In this document: positions 9,021-19,200 of the stretch, piece by piece
How the letters are laid out: the number at the start of each line of letters is the position of its first letter
Numbering within the stretch: the first letter of the stretch is position 1
Assembly: GCA_001780725.1 (NCBI GenBank)
Contig: MFIM01000006.1
Span: 1 to 51,926, forward strand
Direction of reading: 5' to 3'
DNA from: Candidatus Giovannonibacteria bacterium RIFCSPLOWO2_02_FULL_45_28
Lineage (GTDB): Bacteria; Patescibacteriota; Minisyncoccia; UBA11713; 2-01-FULL-45-33
Length of the DNA stretch: 51,926 bases
Made by a program: the position numbers and the translations under genes
Notes under the pieces: model-generated
Told to the model about the DNA's origin: nothing
Database searches by the model: none
What the model saw: only the letters and a program-made list of their open reading frames with translations

Positions 9021-9205
9021 ACCTTTTAATATAAAGCAATTTAACGCTTTTTAAAAATTGTTCATTCTTAATATTTAGAACAATTCGCGCGCCTGCCCGC
9101 CTATGGAGGGAATTGGCGAATGCAGATATGGGGATTTTTGAACTCTATTGGTTTGCAATTTTACAGTCATAGCGCTATTTTAAGGGTAGATTCTGGACTT
9201 GCAAA

Positions 9206-9832
9206 ATGGTTGACAAAGAAACAGGTTCTGACTCCGGGCTTATTATTGTTAATTCAATGGACGAGAAATCGGCAAAAGAGTTTAGGGAAGCCGTGTTTTC
9301 ACAATCAAACGAAAATAGTGAGAAGCCGTTAATTGTTACAATAGATACACGCGGTGGCGATGTTTATGCATTAGCTTCTATGGTAGAAACCATGCGGAGT
9401 GTGCCAAACCCGATAATTACATCTTGTTCCGGAAAGGCTTTTAGCGCCGGAGCGATCCTGCTAAGTTACGGATTGAAAAGATACTGCGGTCCACATAGCA
9501 GAATTATGATTCATGAAATGGTGGGTTGGACTGAAGGAAATATCCACGAAGTCCAAGCGGATTCCGAAGAATTTGTCAGAATAAATCAATGCTGGCTTGG
9601 TGAACTGGCAAGAAATTGCAAAATTGAAGGCGGCTATAACGCATTGAAAGAATTAATTAAGAATTCTAAAGACAACAGGACTATCCGGCTTACGCCGGAA
9701 GAAGCAGTAAAATTTGGAATTGTTGACGGCATCGGCATCCCGATAATTGAAATTGCGTATAACTTGATTGTGACAGTTGCGCCAAATTACGAAAAAAACG
9801 GTGCGAATGATGAGCCAGAAAAAAGTTCCTAA
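9206..9832 (+). CDS. clpP: ClpP-like protease 1
   Basis: IDTRGG, KAFSAG (Ser), IMIHE (His), LTPEEAVKFGIVD. Confidence 0.75.
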   Translation: MVDKETGSDSGLIIVNSMDEKSAKEFREAVFSQSNENSEKPLIVTIDTRGGDVYALASMVETMRSVPNPIITSCSGKAFSAGAILLSYGLKRYCGPHSRIMIHEMVGWTEGNIHEVQADSEEFVRINQCWLGELARNCKIEGGYNALKELIKNSKDNRTIRLTPEEAVKFGIVDGIGIPIIEIAYNLIVTVAPNYEKNGANDEPEKSS

Positions 9833-10388
9833 GGCGGTTTTCGTTGAAAAGAAAAAACTTGGGATTTTACGGTATGATCTGAAAAATAGGAGAATCTACT
9901 TGGTTGGAGAAATTATTCGCGGCATGTCGCGGATCGTTGAGAGGGCCATAAATTTAATGCAGAAAAAAGATCCGCGCGCGCCGATCACGCTGTGTTTATC
10001 AAGCGATGGCGGGTCATATCCGGAATCTTTAGAAATTTATCAAATCATTAGGAATAGTCGGACGCGCGTTGATATCATTGTTTCTGATAAGGCGTTTTCC
10101 GGAGCATCCTTGATTTTACAGGCCGGCAAAAAACGCATCGCTTTTCATGGAGCCAAGATCGGGTTTCATAAAGCGCTTGGATGGCCAGTGCTTAGCGAGG
10201 GTCCGTTTAATTACGATGCTTATATGGATATGGCAAAAGAACACTTGGAAATAGACACTCTTCAGCGATTTATTTACACGCGGCGAGGCCGGCCGGTAGA
10301 AAAAATTTTGGGATTTTTCAATCTCGGAGCGCAATTTACCGTAGCGGAAGCCAAAGAGCTTAAATTGATTGATGAAATAATGAAATAA
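9807..10388 (+). CDS. ClpP-like protease 2 (divergent)
   Basis: RRIYLVGEI, LSSDGG, AFSGASLILQAG, IGFH, EAKELKLIDEI; start estimated. Confidence 0.65.
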   Translation: MMSQKKVPKAVFVEKKKLGILRYDLKNRRIYLVGEIIRGMSRIVERAINLMQKKDPRAPITLCLSSDGGSYPESLEIYQIIRNSRTRVDIIVSDKAFSGASLILQAGKKRIAFHGAKIGFHKALGWPVLSEGPFNYDAYMDMAKEHLEIDTLQRFIYTRRGRPVEKILGFFNLGAQFTVAEAKELKLIDEIMK

Positions 10389-10390
10389 TA

Positions 10391-10419
10391 AAGCCCACCG
10401 ATTAGTTCGGGGGCTTTTA
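10391..10419. terminator. Terminator between convergent genes
   Basis: aaagccc.ccga...tcgggggctttt. Confidence 0.5.
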
Positions 10420-10433
10420 TGTTTTTACTTAAT

Positions 10434-10853
10434 TTAGGAATCCGTTTCGTCTTTCGGAATAAAACTTCTTAGCGCGCGTTTTTGCTGCGGCGTGAGTTTT
10501 TCGAACAAGATATTTTCAAGCTGATTTATATTTCTTTCGCGAATTGATTCAAAAAGTATATGCCCAAGTTCATGTATGAACGATTGAAGAATATCATACG
10601 ATTTTTTGTGCTTATATTTTGCGGGGTTTAAGTAAAGAGTGTGCGTGTTCGGTTCCCACAACCCGTCCAACAACTCTTCTGTTTCATATTTCAATCTGCG
10701 CTTTAATACGATTTGTTTGATTTTTGTATTGATCGATTCAATAAACCTGCGAAATATCCAATCAACTAAAGCATCGCCGCTCTTATAATGTTTGCCATAG
10801 AAATGCCTTGGTTTTTGCATTGGCAGCTCCTTTTCGGCAAATTCTGTATTCAT
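10434..10853 (-). CDS. Hypothetical HExxH metallopeptidase-like protein
   Basis: GLWEP...LYLNP...FIHELGHI zincin motif; start uncertain (track extends to 10925). Confidence 0.55.
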   Translation of the reverse strand: MNTEFAEKELPMQKPRHFYGKHYKSGDALVDWIFRRFIESINTKIKQIVLKRRLKYETEELLDGLWEPNTHTLYLNPAKYKHKKSYDILQSFIHELGHILFESIRERNINQLENILFEKLTPQQKRALRSFIPKDETDS

Positions 10854-10948
10854 TCTAGCACGCAGAATCGTTTTTGTAAAGTCGTTGCTTTTTGCTGTGC
10901 TTCTTGTTAGTCTTTGCGTAGACAAAAGAATATTGAAAGGAGCAAAAA

Positions 10949-12192
10949 TGGCGCGATCTTTGCAAGAAACCGTGCGCGAAGATGGGTTGAGGGTGATTAC
11001 GAAAAAGTTGAAAATTGCTAAAAGCGTTATTGTGTCTGTCTCGGCTTTGGGCGGATGCGCTTACGATCCTCAAGATAAAACAGGCCTCTTTCATTTTTTT
11101 GAGCACATGGCCTTTAAAGGAACCAAAACAAAATCAATGCATGAAATTAAAGAGGCGTTGGGTAGGCTTGTGATGAGCAATGCGGGCACGCATAATCTGC
11201 GAACTACTTACTGGGGCGAAGCTGTGCACACAAAACTGCCTTTATTGCAGGAGATTGTTTTTGATATTTATTTAAATCCCGTGTTTCCGCCGGAAGAAAT
11301 AGAAAAGGAAAAAGAAGTAGTGCTTAATGAAGCGGCAATGTATGAGGACAATGACAACCATAAAGCGTGGTATTTGCTTTATGGATTATTGTGGGAACAT
11401 AATCCGCAGAGGCGGTTGGGTGTGGGGATCGCCGCCGGCCTTTCAAATATAAACAGAGGGATTTTGCTTGAGACGCATAAAAAATGGTATCAGCCATCTA
11501 ATACGATCGTTGTGGCTGTGGGAAGAATTGACCACGATAAGTTTTTGAATGACGTTAATGACTCGTTTCCATTTGTCGCCGGAAAAGTTGTGTTGTCTGG
11601 TTGGGGCGATGAGGCGGATCAACCCCCGTTTCATAAAGCAATTATTGTTGAAAGAAAAAATCGCGAAAAAGGCGTGGTGGTATGGGGTTGCAAGGTGCCC
11701 AAACTATCTGATCGGGAAATAGATGCGGGAGTAATTTTGTCCAATATGCTCGGCGGCGGTTTTGATTCTTTGCTTTGGACAGAAGTTAGGGAGAAGCGAG
11801 GCTTAGTTTATTCTGTCCACAGCTACTTTGATGTCAATGGCCTCGGAAATTATTTTGGATTTGTTGGGACAATGCTGCCGCCGCGTTTAGATGAAGTTAA
11901 AGACCTTATTTGCGATGTGATTTGCAATTATAATTTAAACGAAGCGCATTTTTGCCGAGCTAGAGAGGTTATAGAAGACGAACATTTGCTTAGTTTGGAG
12001 GACTCTCATGATTGGAACAGAACTATTCACAATCGGATTATTGATGACCGCAAGGATATTTCTATCCTAAATAATTATATCGCTAGGCGTATCAAAAGAT
12101 TGCAAAGCATAACTTTTGAAGAGGTTTTGGAGATGAGGAGAAAGCTAATAACGCCGGAGCGTCTGGCTTGCGCCGTAGTAAAGCCCTGTTAA
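10949..12192 (+). CDS. M16 (pitrilysin/insulinase) family peptidase
   Basis: HFFEHMAFKGT (HxxEH), NAGT, VREKRGLVYSV; ATG 10949 preferred. Confidence 0.9.
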
Positions 12193-12208
12193 CGCGGGGC
12201 TTTTTTGT
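12181..12208 (+). terminator. Intrinsic terminator
   Basis: aaagccct...ggggcttttttg. Confidence 0.55.
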
Positions 12209-12249
12209 TTCTTGATTGCGGTTGACATCGGATGTATGATTACTAATTC

Positions 12250-15138
12250 ATGCCCGGCGAATCATATATAAAAATAAGGGGCGCCAAGGTTCATAATCTA
12301 AAGAATATTGATTTAGATATCCCCAAAAATAAGCTTGTGGTGATAACGGGGCTTTCGGGGTCCGGGAAGTCGTCGCTTGCCTTTGATACTATTTACGCCG
12401 AAGCCGAGAGGAGATTTGTGGAGTCGCTCTCTTCCTACGCGCGGCAGTTTTTGGGAGTCAAAGAAAAGCCGGATGTTGAAGCAATCTCCGGCCTTTCGCC
12501 TGCCATTGCTATTGACCAAAAAAGCGTTACAAAAAATCCGCGCTCAACGGTGGGGACGATTACGGAGATTTACGATTATCTCCGTATTTTATTTGCGCGC
12601 GCAGGCGTGCCGCACTGCCCAAATTGCGGCAAAAAAATAGGCAAGCAAAGTACGGACGAGATTTTGAAACACATCCTAAAATTAAAAAACGGCGCGCATA
12701 TTTCAGTGTTGGCCCCAGTGGTGCGCGGCAAAAAAGGCGAGCATAAAAGCATTTTTGCTGAAATTAAGCGCGGCGGATTTTTGCGCGTGAGAATTGACGG
12801 AGACACAATGCGCGTGGCGGAAGCCGAAGAAAAAACATTGAATCCCAAAAAAGCGCACAACATAGAAGTCGTGGTGGATCGGCTGGTGATTGATAAGGAA
12901 CTTGATAGGCCGAGATTGCGCGAATCGCTTGAGACCGCGCTGAAAATCGGGAAAGGGCTTGTTTTGATAAACCACCACACCAAAGATTTTGGTGTGGGGG
13001 TAAATGACCAGCTTTTTTCAGAACACTTTGCCTGTCCTGATTGCGGCATCTCTCTGCCGGAAATTGAGCCGCGCCTTTTTTCTTTTAATTCTCCTTATGG
13101 CGCGTGCCAGCATTGCACGGGTCTTGGCAGCACTCTTGAGGTAGAGCCGGAATTGGTTATTCCAAATAAAAATTTAACTTTGGCCGAAGGGGCGATTCGT
13201 CCGTGGGCTACCGCTTCGCATAAGGTTGGCAGGCAATCGTGGTACTGGTGGATTTTATCGGACCTGGCGGAACGGCATAATTTTTCTTTAAATGCGCCCT
13301 TCGGTAAATTACCTGCGAGTATTCAAAAAATTATTTTGCACGGAGATTCGCCTCGCTCCTCGAGTGTTTTCCCGCGAGGCGAGGAATCAAAATTTGAAGG
13401 AGTAATTGAAAATCTAAAGCGCCGGTGGAAAGAAACGGAGTCGGAATGGACGCGCGAAGAAATTGAAAAATATATGCGCGTGGAGCAATGCCCTGTCTGC
13501 ATGGGGAGGCGGCTTAAACCCGAAGCGCTCTCAATAACTTATTCCGGTAAAAATATTTCCGAGATTTCGGCGATGACAATTTTTGATGCGCGAGAATTTT
13601 TTGCGCCGCCCTCTTTGAAATCCGACTTCAAATCCTCAAAGAAGTCGGACTTCTTCCCGGTCGGCGGCGCCGCGTTTAAGCCTCTTCTTAAAGAAATTCT
13701 GCGCCGGTTGGAATTTTTATTGGAGGTCGGTTTGGATTATTTGACCATAGACCGCGAGTCTACCACTTTGGCGGGAGGCGAAGCGCAGAGAGTGCGTCTC
13801 GCTACGCAAATCGGCTCGTCTTTGACCGGAGTGATTTATGTTTTAGACGAGCCGTCAATCGGTTTGCATTCAAGAGATCACGCGCGTTTGATTAAAACAT
13901 TAAAAGACCTCCGCGATTTAGGGAACACGGTTTTGGTTGTGGAGCACGACGCCGAGACGATGCGCGAGGCGGATTGGATAATTGATTTGGGTCCGGGTGC
14001 TGGCAAGCACGGCGGAAAAGTAATTTTTGAAGGCGAGCACCGCGAATTACTAAAAGCCAAAACTTTGACAGGAGAGTATTTGAGCGGGAAGAGGGAGGTG
14101 AGAGCTACCGCACCCTCTTTGAAGTCGGACTTCTTCTCGGGCGCGACGAACCTTTTCATTAAGGGCGCATCCGAACACAACCTCAAAAATATTGATGTAA
14201 AAATTCCGCTTGGGAAATTCGTTGTTGTCTCCGGCGTTTCTGGCTCCGGAAAATCTTCTTTAATTTCCGACATTTTGGCGAAGGCATTATTAAAATATTT
14301 TTACGGGGCGAAAGAAGAGCCCGGCCAACACAAAAAAATAGAAGGGCTGGAAAATATTGACAAGGCTGTTTTGGTGGATCAATCTCCGATCGGGCGCACG
14401 CCCCGCTCCAACCCCGCGACTTATACAGGCATGTTTTCATTTATGCGCGAAATTTACGCGCGCACGGTTGAGGCGCGTGCGCGAGGATACAAATCTGGCC
14501 GCTTCAGCTTCAATGTAAAGGGCGGGCGGTGCGAGGTTTGCGAAGGGCAGGGGGTTAAAAAAATAGAAATGTATTTTTTGCCGGATATTTACGTGGAGTG
14601 CGAGGAATGCCGTGGCAAGCGGTACAACAAAGAAGCGCTTGAGATTTTGTATCAAAATAAAAATATCGCTGATGTTCTGGATTTATCAGTTGAGGAAGCG
14701 CATCAATTTTTCAAAGATATTCCGCAGATTGACCAGCGCCTGAAAACTTTGGTGGATGTTGGTTTGGGCTATATGAAATTGGGCCAGCCGGCGACGACGC
14801 TTTCCGGAGGAGAAGCGCAGAGAGTAAAACTTGCTTTTGAGCTTTCCAAAAAAGCTACCGGCAGGACGCTTTACATTTTAGATGAGCCGACCACCGGCCT
14901 CCATTTTGACGATATCCAAAAACTTTTAAACATTCTCCGCGCGCTGGTGGACAAGGGTAACAGCGTCGTGGTGATTGAGCACAACATGGACGTTCTTAAA
15001 AACGCCGACCACATTATAGACATGGGTCCCGAAGGCGGCGGCGGCGGAGGAGAAATTATTGCAGAGGGAATACCCAAAGAAATCGCGGCTCATAAAAAAA
15101 GCCACACCGGAGCGTGGCTCAAAAGGGTTTTGGCGTAA
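12250..15138 (+). CDS. uvrA: Excinuclease ABC subunit A
   Basis: Two Walker A motifs ([16 protein letters not shown]), Zn fingers, LAGGEAQR and LSGGEAQR; several short in-frame inserts. Confidence 0.98.
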   Translation: MPGESYIKIRGAKVHNLKNIDLDIPKNKLVVITGLSGSGKSSLAFDTIYAEAERRFVESLSSYARQFLGVKEKPDVEAISGLSPAIAIDQKSVTKNPRSTVGTITEIYDYLRILFARAGVPHCPNCGKKIGKQSTDEILKHILKLKNGAHISVLAPVVRGKKGEHKSIFAEIKRGGFLRVRIDGDTMRVAEAEEKTLNPKKAHNIEVVVDRLVIDKELDRPRLRESLETALKIGKGLVLINHHTKDFGVGVNDQLFSEHFACPDCGISLPEIEPRLFSFNSPYGACQHCTGLGSTLEVEPELVIPNKNLTLAEGAIRPWATASHKVGRQSWYWWILSDLAERHNFSLNAPFGKLPASIQKIILHGDSPRSSSVFPRGEESKFEGVIENLKRRWKETESEWTREEIEKYMRVEQCPVCMGRRLKPEALSITYSGKNISEISAMTIFDAREFFAPPSLKSDFKSSKKSDFFPVGGAAFKPLLKEILRRLEFLLEVGLDYLTIDRESTTLAGGEAQRVRLATQIGSSLTGVIYVLDEPSIGLHSRDHARLIKTLKDLRDLGNTVLVVEHDAETMREADWIIDLGPGAGKHGGKVIFEGEHRELLKAKTLTGEYLSGKREVRATAPSLKSDFFSGATNLFIKGASEHNLKNIDVKIPLGKFVVVSGVSGSGKSSLISDILAKALLKYFYGAKEEPGQHKKIEGLENIDKAVLVDQSPIGRTPRSNPATYTGMFSFMREIYARTVEARARGYKSGRFSFNVKGGRCEVCEGQGVKKIEMYFLPDIYVECEECRGKRYNKEALEILYQNKNIADVLDLSVEEAHQFFKDIPQIDQRLKTLVDVGLGYMKLGQPATTLSGGEAQRVKLAFELSKKATGRTLYILDEPTTGLHFDDIQKLLNILRALVDKGNSVVVIEHNMDVLKNADHIIDMGPEGGGGGGEIIAEGIPKEIAAHKKSHTGAWLKRVLA
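12971..13001. repeat. CCCCACACCAAA-type palindrome, copy in-frame in uvrA
   Basis: accaccacaccaaagattttggtgtgggggt; sister copies at 44558-44588 and 48223-48251. Confidence 0.85.
13345..13388. repeat. GCCTCGC...GCGAGGC palindrome, in-frame in uvrA
   Basis: Encodes [15 protein letters not shown]. Confidence 0.55.
13609..13653. repeat. GAAGTC(C/G)GACTTC palindrome, double copy in uvrA
   Basis: ttgaaatccgacttcaa and gaagtcggacttc; encodes [15 protein letters not shown]. Confidence 0.8.
14113..14133. repeat. GAAGTC(C/G)GACTTC palindrome, third copy in uvrA
   Basis: ccctctttgaagtcggacttc shares 5' context with the 13609 copy. Confidence 0.8.
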
Positions 15139-15352
15139 TATTTTCCCACCCGTAAAGTTCTGGGAATACGAATTTTAGGCGCTTATAATTTATTTCGCGA
15201 ACAATTATTACATCATAGTTTTGATCAGGATATTGTTTGATTAGTGCGCGCCGCTTTTTAAATAGCCTCTCGTACTCGATTGGCCCTTCCAACACTTTTA
15301 CTACTTTGTGTGTGTTTAAATCAGCAACAACGCAAAAGTGTTTTTTTGTCAT
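15119..15352 (-). CDS. Hypothetical protein
   Basis: 77-aa ORF filling the gap after uvrA. Confidence 0.5.
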   Translation of the reverse strand: MTKKHFCVVADLNTHKVVKVLEGPIEYERLFKKRRALIKQYPDQNYDVIIVREINYKRLKFVFPELYGWENITPKPF

Positions 15353-15523
15353 TTATAGTTTTCTCTCTGATTTAAGCATAGCAAAATAAGTTTTATTGTA
15401 AAGTGTATGGCGCGCAATTTTCGCTGGTTCTGTTAAACCCACAGCGGGGGCAATTTTGACTTGGGAGATTATGTTTTGATCCGCTTTTTTGTACAAGCCT
15501 TTTATCTAGGTCTAGCCCTTAAA

Positions 15524-15563
15524 GACTTGCAACCTGATTGCTATAGCGCTCAAGTTGCAAATT
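15524..15563. repeat. 40-bp palindrome, copy 1 (AATTTGCA-N8-GCTATAGC-N8-TGCAAATT)
   Basis: gacttgca-acctgatt-gctatagc-gctcaagt-tgcaaatt. Confidence 0.8.
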
Positions 15564-15590
15564 GGTTTTACGCGGGTTATTATTAAGTTT

Positions 15591-16163
15591 ATGGCAAGAA
15601 GATCAAGATATTCAGAGATTAGATTGGGACCAACGGCCCAAAAGGTTTTGGTTTTACTCTTTGGCGGCCTGGCTTTGGGTTTGACTTCTTCTCCGGATAG
15701 ATATTTTCGCATAATCAGGACCATCAGGAAAGATTTTGAAAAAATAAACCGTTATGCGTTACACCGCACCATAAGAAATCTTTATCGTTCTAAATTGGTT
15801 AATGTCAAAGAAAATGCTGATGACACTGTCACCTTGGTTTTAACCGACAAGGGGAGGGTGAAAGCTCTAACTTATAATATAGAAAACGTTAATGTGCCGG
15901 ATATGAAGCGGTGGGATAAGCAGTGGCGGGTTGTAATGTTTGATATTCCGGAGCGCTACAAAAAACCTCGTGATGCTTTAAGCAAGACCCTTAAAAAAGC
16001 CGGTTTTTATAAGTTTCAGAAAAGTGTTTTTGTGCATCCGTTTGAGTGTAAGAACGAAGTTGATTTTGTGGTGGAATTTTTTAACCTGCGGCCATACGTG
16101 CGTTACATGTTGGCCAGTCATATTGATAATGAACTGGATATTAAACAACACTTTAATTTATAA
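15591..16163 (+). CDS. PaaX-like wHTH protein with C-terminal Cas2-like ferredoxin domain
   Basis: LTDKG wing; WDKQWRVVMFDIPE...RDAL...LKKAGF...QKSV; ATG 15591 preferred. Confidence 0.8.
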   Translation: MARRSRYSEIRLGPTAQKVLVLLFGGLALGLTSSPDRYFRIIRTIRKDFEKINRYALHRTIRNLYRSKLVNVKENADDTVTLVLTDKGRVKALTYNIENVNVPDMKRWDKQWRVVMFDIPERYKKPRDALSKTLKKAGFYKFQKSVFVHPFECKNEVDFVVEFFNLRPYVRYMLASHIDNELDIKQHFNL

Positions 16164-16201
16164 TTTGCAGTTTCACTGCTATAGCTGTCAGAATGCAAAT
16201 T
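16162..16201. repeat. 40-bp palindrome, copy 2 (starts in the stop codon)
   Basis: aatttgca-gtttcact-gctatagc-tgtcagaa-tgcaaatt. Confidence 0.85.
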
Positions 16202-16259
16202 GGGTTTTTGCTATTTTTTCCCTATACATAAATCTAACGAAGGGATATAATCAAATCAT

Positions 16260-19200
16260 ATGAAAAACATAAAACTAGCTTTGGCGGGTGCGGTCTATTT
16301 CGGCCTTATTTCGGTCATTTTTACAGCTATGCCGCAGGCGGCAAGTGCGGCTCTTACCGAGAGCCAAATTCAGGCGATTTTGAGCCTGCTCCAATCGTTC
16401 GGAGCCGACCAGACGGTTGTCGGCAATGTTAACAGCTCTCTTCGCGGATTGCCGACAACGGGCGGGGGCGGCGGGACAGCCGCTTTTTGCCCTAATTTTA
16501 CCTACAATCTCTACCTCGGGCTCAACGATTCCGATACCGAAGGACAGGTTTCCAAGCTTCAAAAATTTCTAGCTCAAGACCAAACCGTTTATCCAGAAGG
16601 GACAATCACCGGCTTTTACGGACCCTTAACCGAGCAAGCGGTCAAACGTTGGCAGGCTAAAAACAGCGTGGTTTCTTCCGGCTCTCCTGATACTACGGGC
16701 TACGGCGTGGTTGGCTCAAGGACAAGAGAAAGAGTAAGAGCGAATTGCGGTTTTTCAACTCCGGTTCCTCCTACCCCAATTCCTCCTCCAAGCTCGTCAA
16801 ATCTCCCACCAGTCATCAGTGGAGTTTCCGGCCCAACAACTCTTAATACAGGCCAATCAGGAACTTGGACTGTAACTGCCCGCGACCCTGAAAACGGCCC
16901 GCTTTCTTACAATGTTGTTTGGGGTGATGAGAATGTTTACTCTGTTCCAACACTGGCGCCATCCGCATCCGCACCAGTCCAGCAAACCGCCACCTTTTCT
17001 CATACTTATTCCAGCTCCAGAGTTTATACACCCGTTTTTTACGTCACCGACAGCCAAGGCCTTTCCGCGAAAACCAGTTTAAGCGTTAATGTAGGCGGTA
17101 CTGTAACAACTCAACCCTCCATCACTGTTCTTTCTCCGAATGGAGGAGAGAGCTGGGCTGTTGGATCATCTCATGGTATTAGTTGGACGGATTCTAATTT
17201 GGGATCTTTGGGTATATCTATAACACTTGTAGATAGTGCTACGGGCGGACAAGTGTTCGCGCGCGATTTAGCGACAAATATAGGAAATAATAGATATTAC
17301 ACTTGGACCATTCCGAATGACGTGCCAGCAGGAAGCTATAAAATTAACATTTACACATCTGATTGTTGCAAACCGTCGGCATCAGATTCCAGCGACGCGC
17401 CGTTTAGTGTTACATCTCAAGCACAGCCGTTGGTAAAAATCACGTCTCCAGTCGCTAATTCAACTCTCACAAGCAAGAACATCACTGTTAGCGGAACGTG
17501 CTCAAACTATTTTGGTGCGGTGGATGTGTTTTATTATAGTGATAAAAAAGAAGAAGTATTTGTACAATGTATCTCTGGCAAGTGGTCAACAAATATTTCC
17601 GTAAACAGCAATGCCGGTTCCGGAAGTTTTGATTTATATGCCCAGCTGTATCCCAACAACACTTCAGTACAAGATATAATAAAACTTTATTTCAACTGGT
17701 CTAGCGCCCCCTCCATCACCGTTCTTTCTCCGAATGGAGGGGAGAGTTGGCAGATGCAGAATATCCATACCATTCGTTGGACGCCGTATGATCCAAACAC
17801 CGGCGTAAACTCTGCTGATAAAGTCACGGCTTATCTTGAAAGGTTGGAGGGCGGAAATTTTGTTACTGTAGGTAAAATAGTGCCTGCCGGCAAAGCATCT
17901 ATTCATTGGGCCGGAGAAATTGATCAGTTTGGCAAATATGCTTCCCCGGGTGATTACTACGTTCGGACTGTGAATAATATTACCGGCGCTTCTGATCGTA
18001 GCAATAACTCTTTTAAACTTGTCGATTTCGGAACAATAAAAGCCGATTTGAAAATCGGTGGTTTAGATGGTCCTATAACCGTGCCGCTGAGCGGCGGAAC
18101 GTATCAAGCGTCATGGACGTCAGTTAATGCCGATAAGTGCTTGCTCATAAATGGCACTCTTTCCACGTCTGATCCGGAATTTAATATACAAATGCCGCCG
18201 TTGGGTAGCAGAAGTATAAAATTATTCCCGGGCTTATATGGAGAATCTGGACGAGAAGGATATGTCACTATTTCTTGTACTGGCAGCACCAAAGTAGAAG
18301 GCGAAACATCTGATCAGGTCAAAATCCTTCCCGAAACATCAACTCCGTTTGTAAGGGTAGGAGTGCCTAATGGCAAAGAGATTATTGATTTCTCTAAACA
18401 ATATACGATCAGTTGGGCTTCTGCTGGTGTAGCCTATTTTAATATAGCGCTTTATAAAAATGACGCGTTTTTTAACTGGATAGCGTTTAATATTCCCGCA
18501 AGCCCATCCTATTACAACTGGACACCATCAAATACCATTTCTCAAGCCAATATTGGCAACGACGTTTTCAAAATATATATTCTTGGCTACAAAAAACCAG
18601 ATGGTGGGACGGTTGACGACAAAAGTGACGCGCCGTTTAGTATTGTGAGCGCGCAGAATGTGACAGCCACAGATTCCGACGCAAGCCCAAACTATTTAAC
18701 GACATCGCCGTATCCGGTTGAACAACGTCCCGACCTTTTTATATTGGGAGTTGCTAAAGGAACTTATGTCGGAGGTGGAACGTGTTTATACGGCACGGAA
18801 CCCAATCCTACATCATGCAAGCCAACTACGGATAATTTCACGACTTATTATGATCATTGCGCTAACGAGTCGCAATTAAATGAGGCGTATCTTACCGGAG
18901 ATGGAAAGTTTGGCGCTTACGGCGTTTCAGCGCCTAGCGGTTACGTTTGTAAAAATGGCATCTTAGTAAAAACAGTTTCCACCCAACCCTCTATCACCGT
19001 TGTTTCTCCGAATGGGGGAGAGAGCTGGCAGCAGGGCAGTCTTCAGACTATTCGCTGGTCAGCACCATCGTCATCCTCCTACGTTTCTATTTCTCTGATT
19101 GGATATTCCCAACCTTGCACGACAGAGCCATGCCCGCTTTACGCGGTACAAAGTTTTACATTAGGAAAGGCTCCGGCAAGCGGAGGATATTTTAACTGGA

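Noticed and set aside
12313-15077. Numerous short alternative-frame ORFs within uvrA and other long genes
   Set aside because: Shadow ORFs fully overlapping well-supported genes, with no recognisable motifs
15591-16163. CRISPR cas2 gene
   Set aside because: N-terminal wHTH fusion, no cas1 or other cas genes, and no repeat-spacer array in the window
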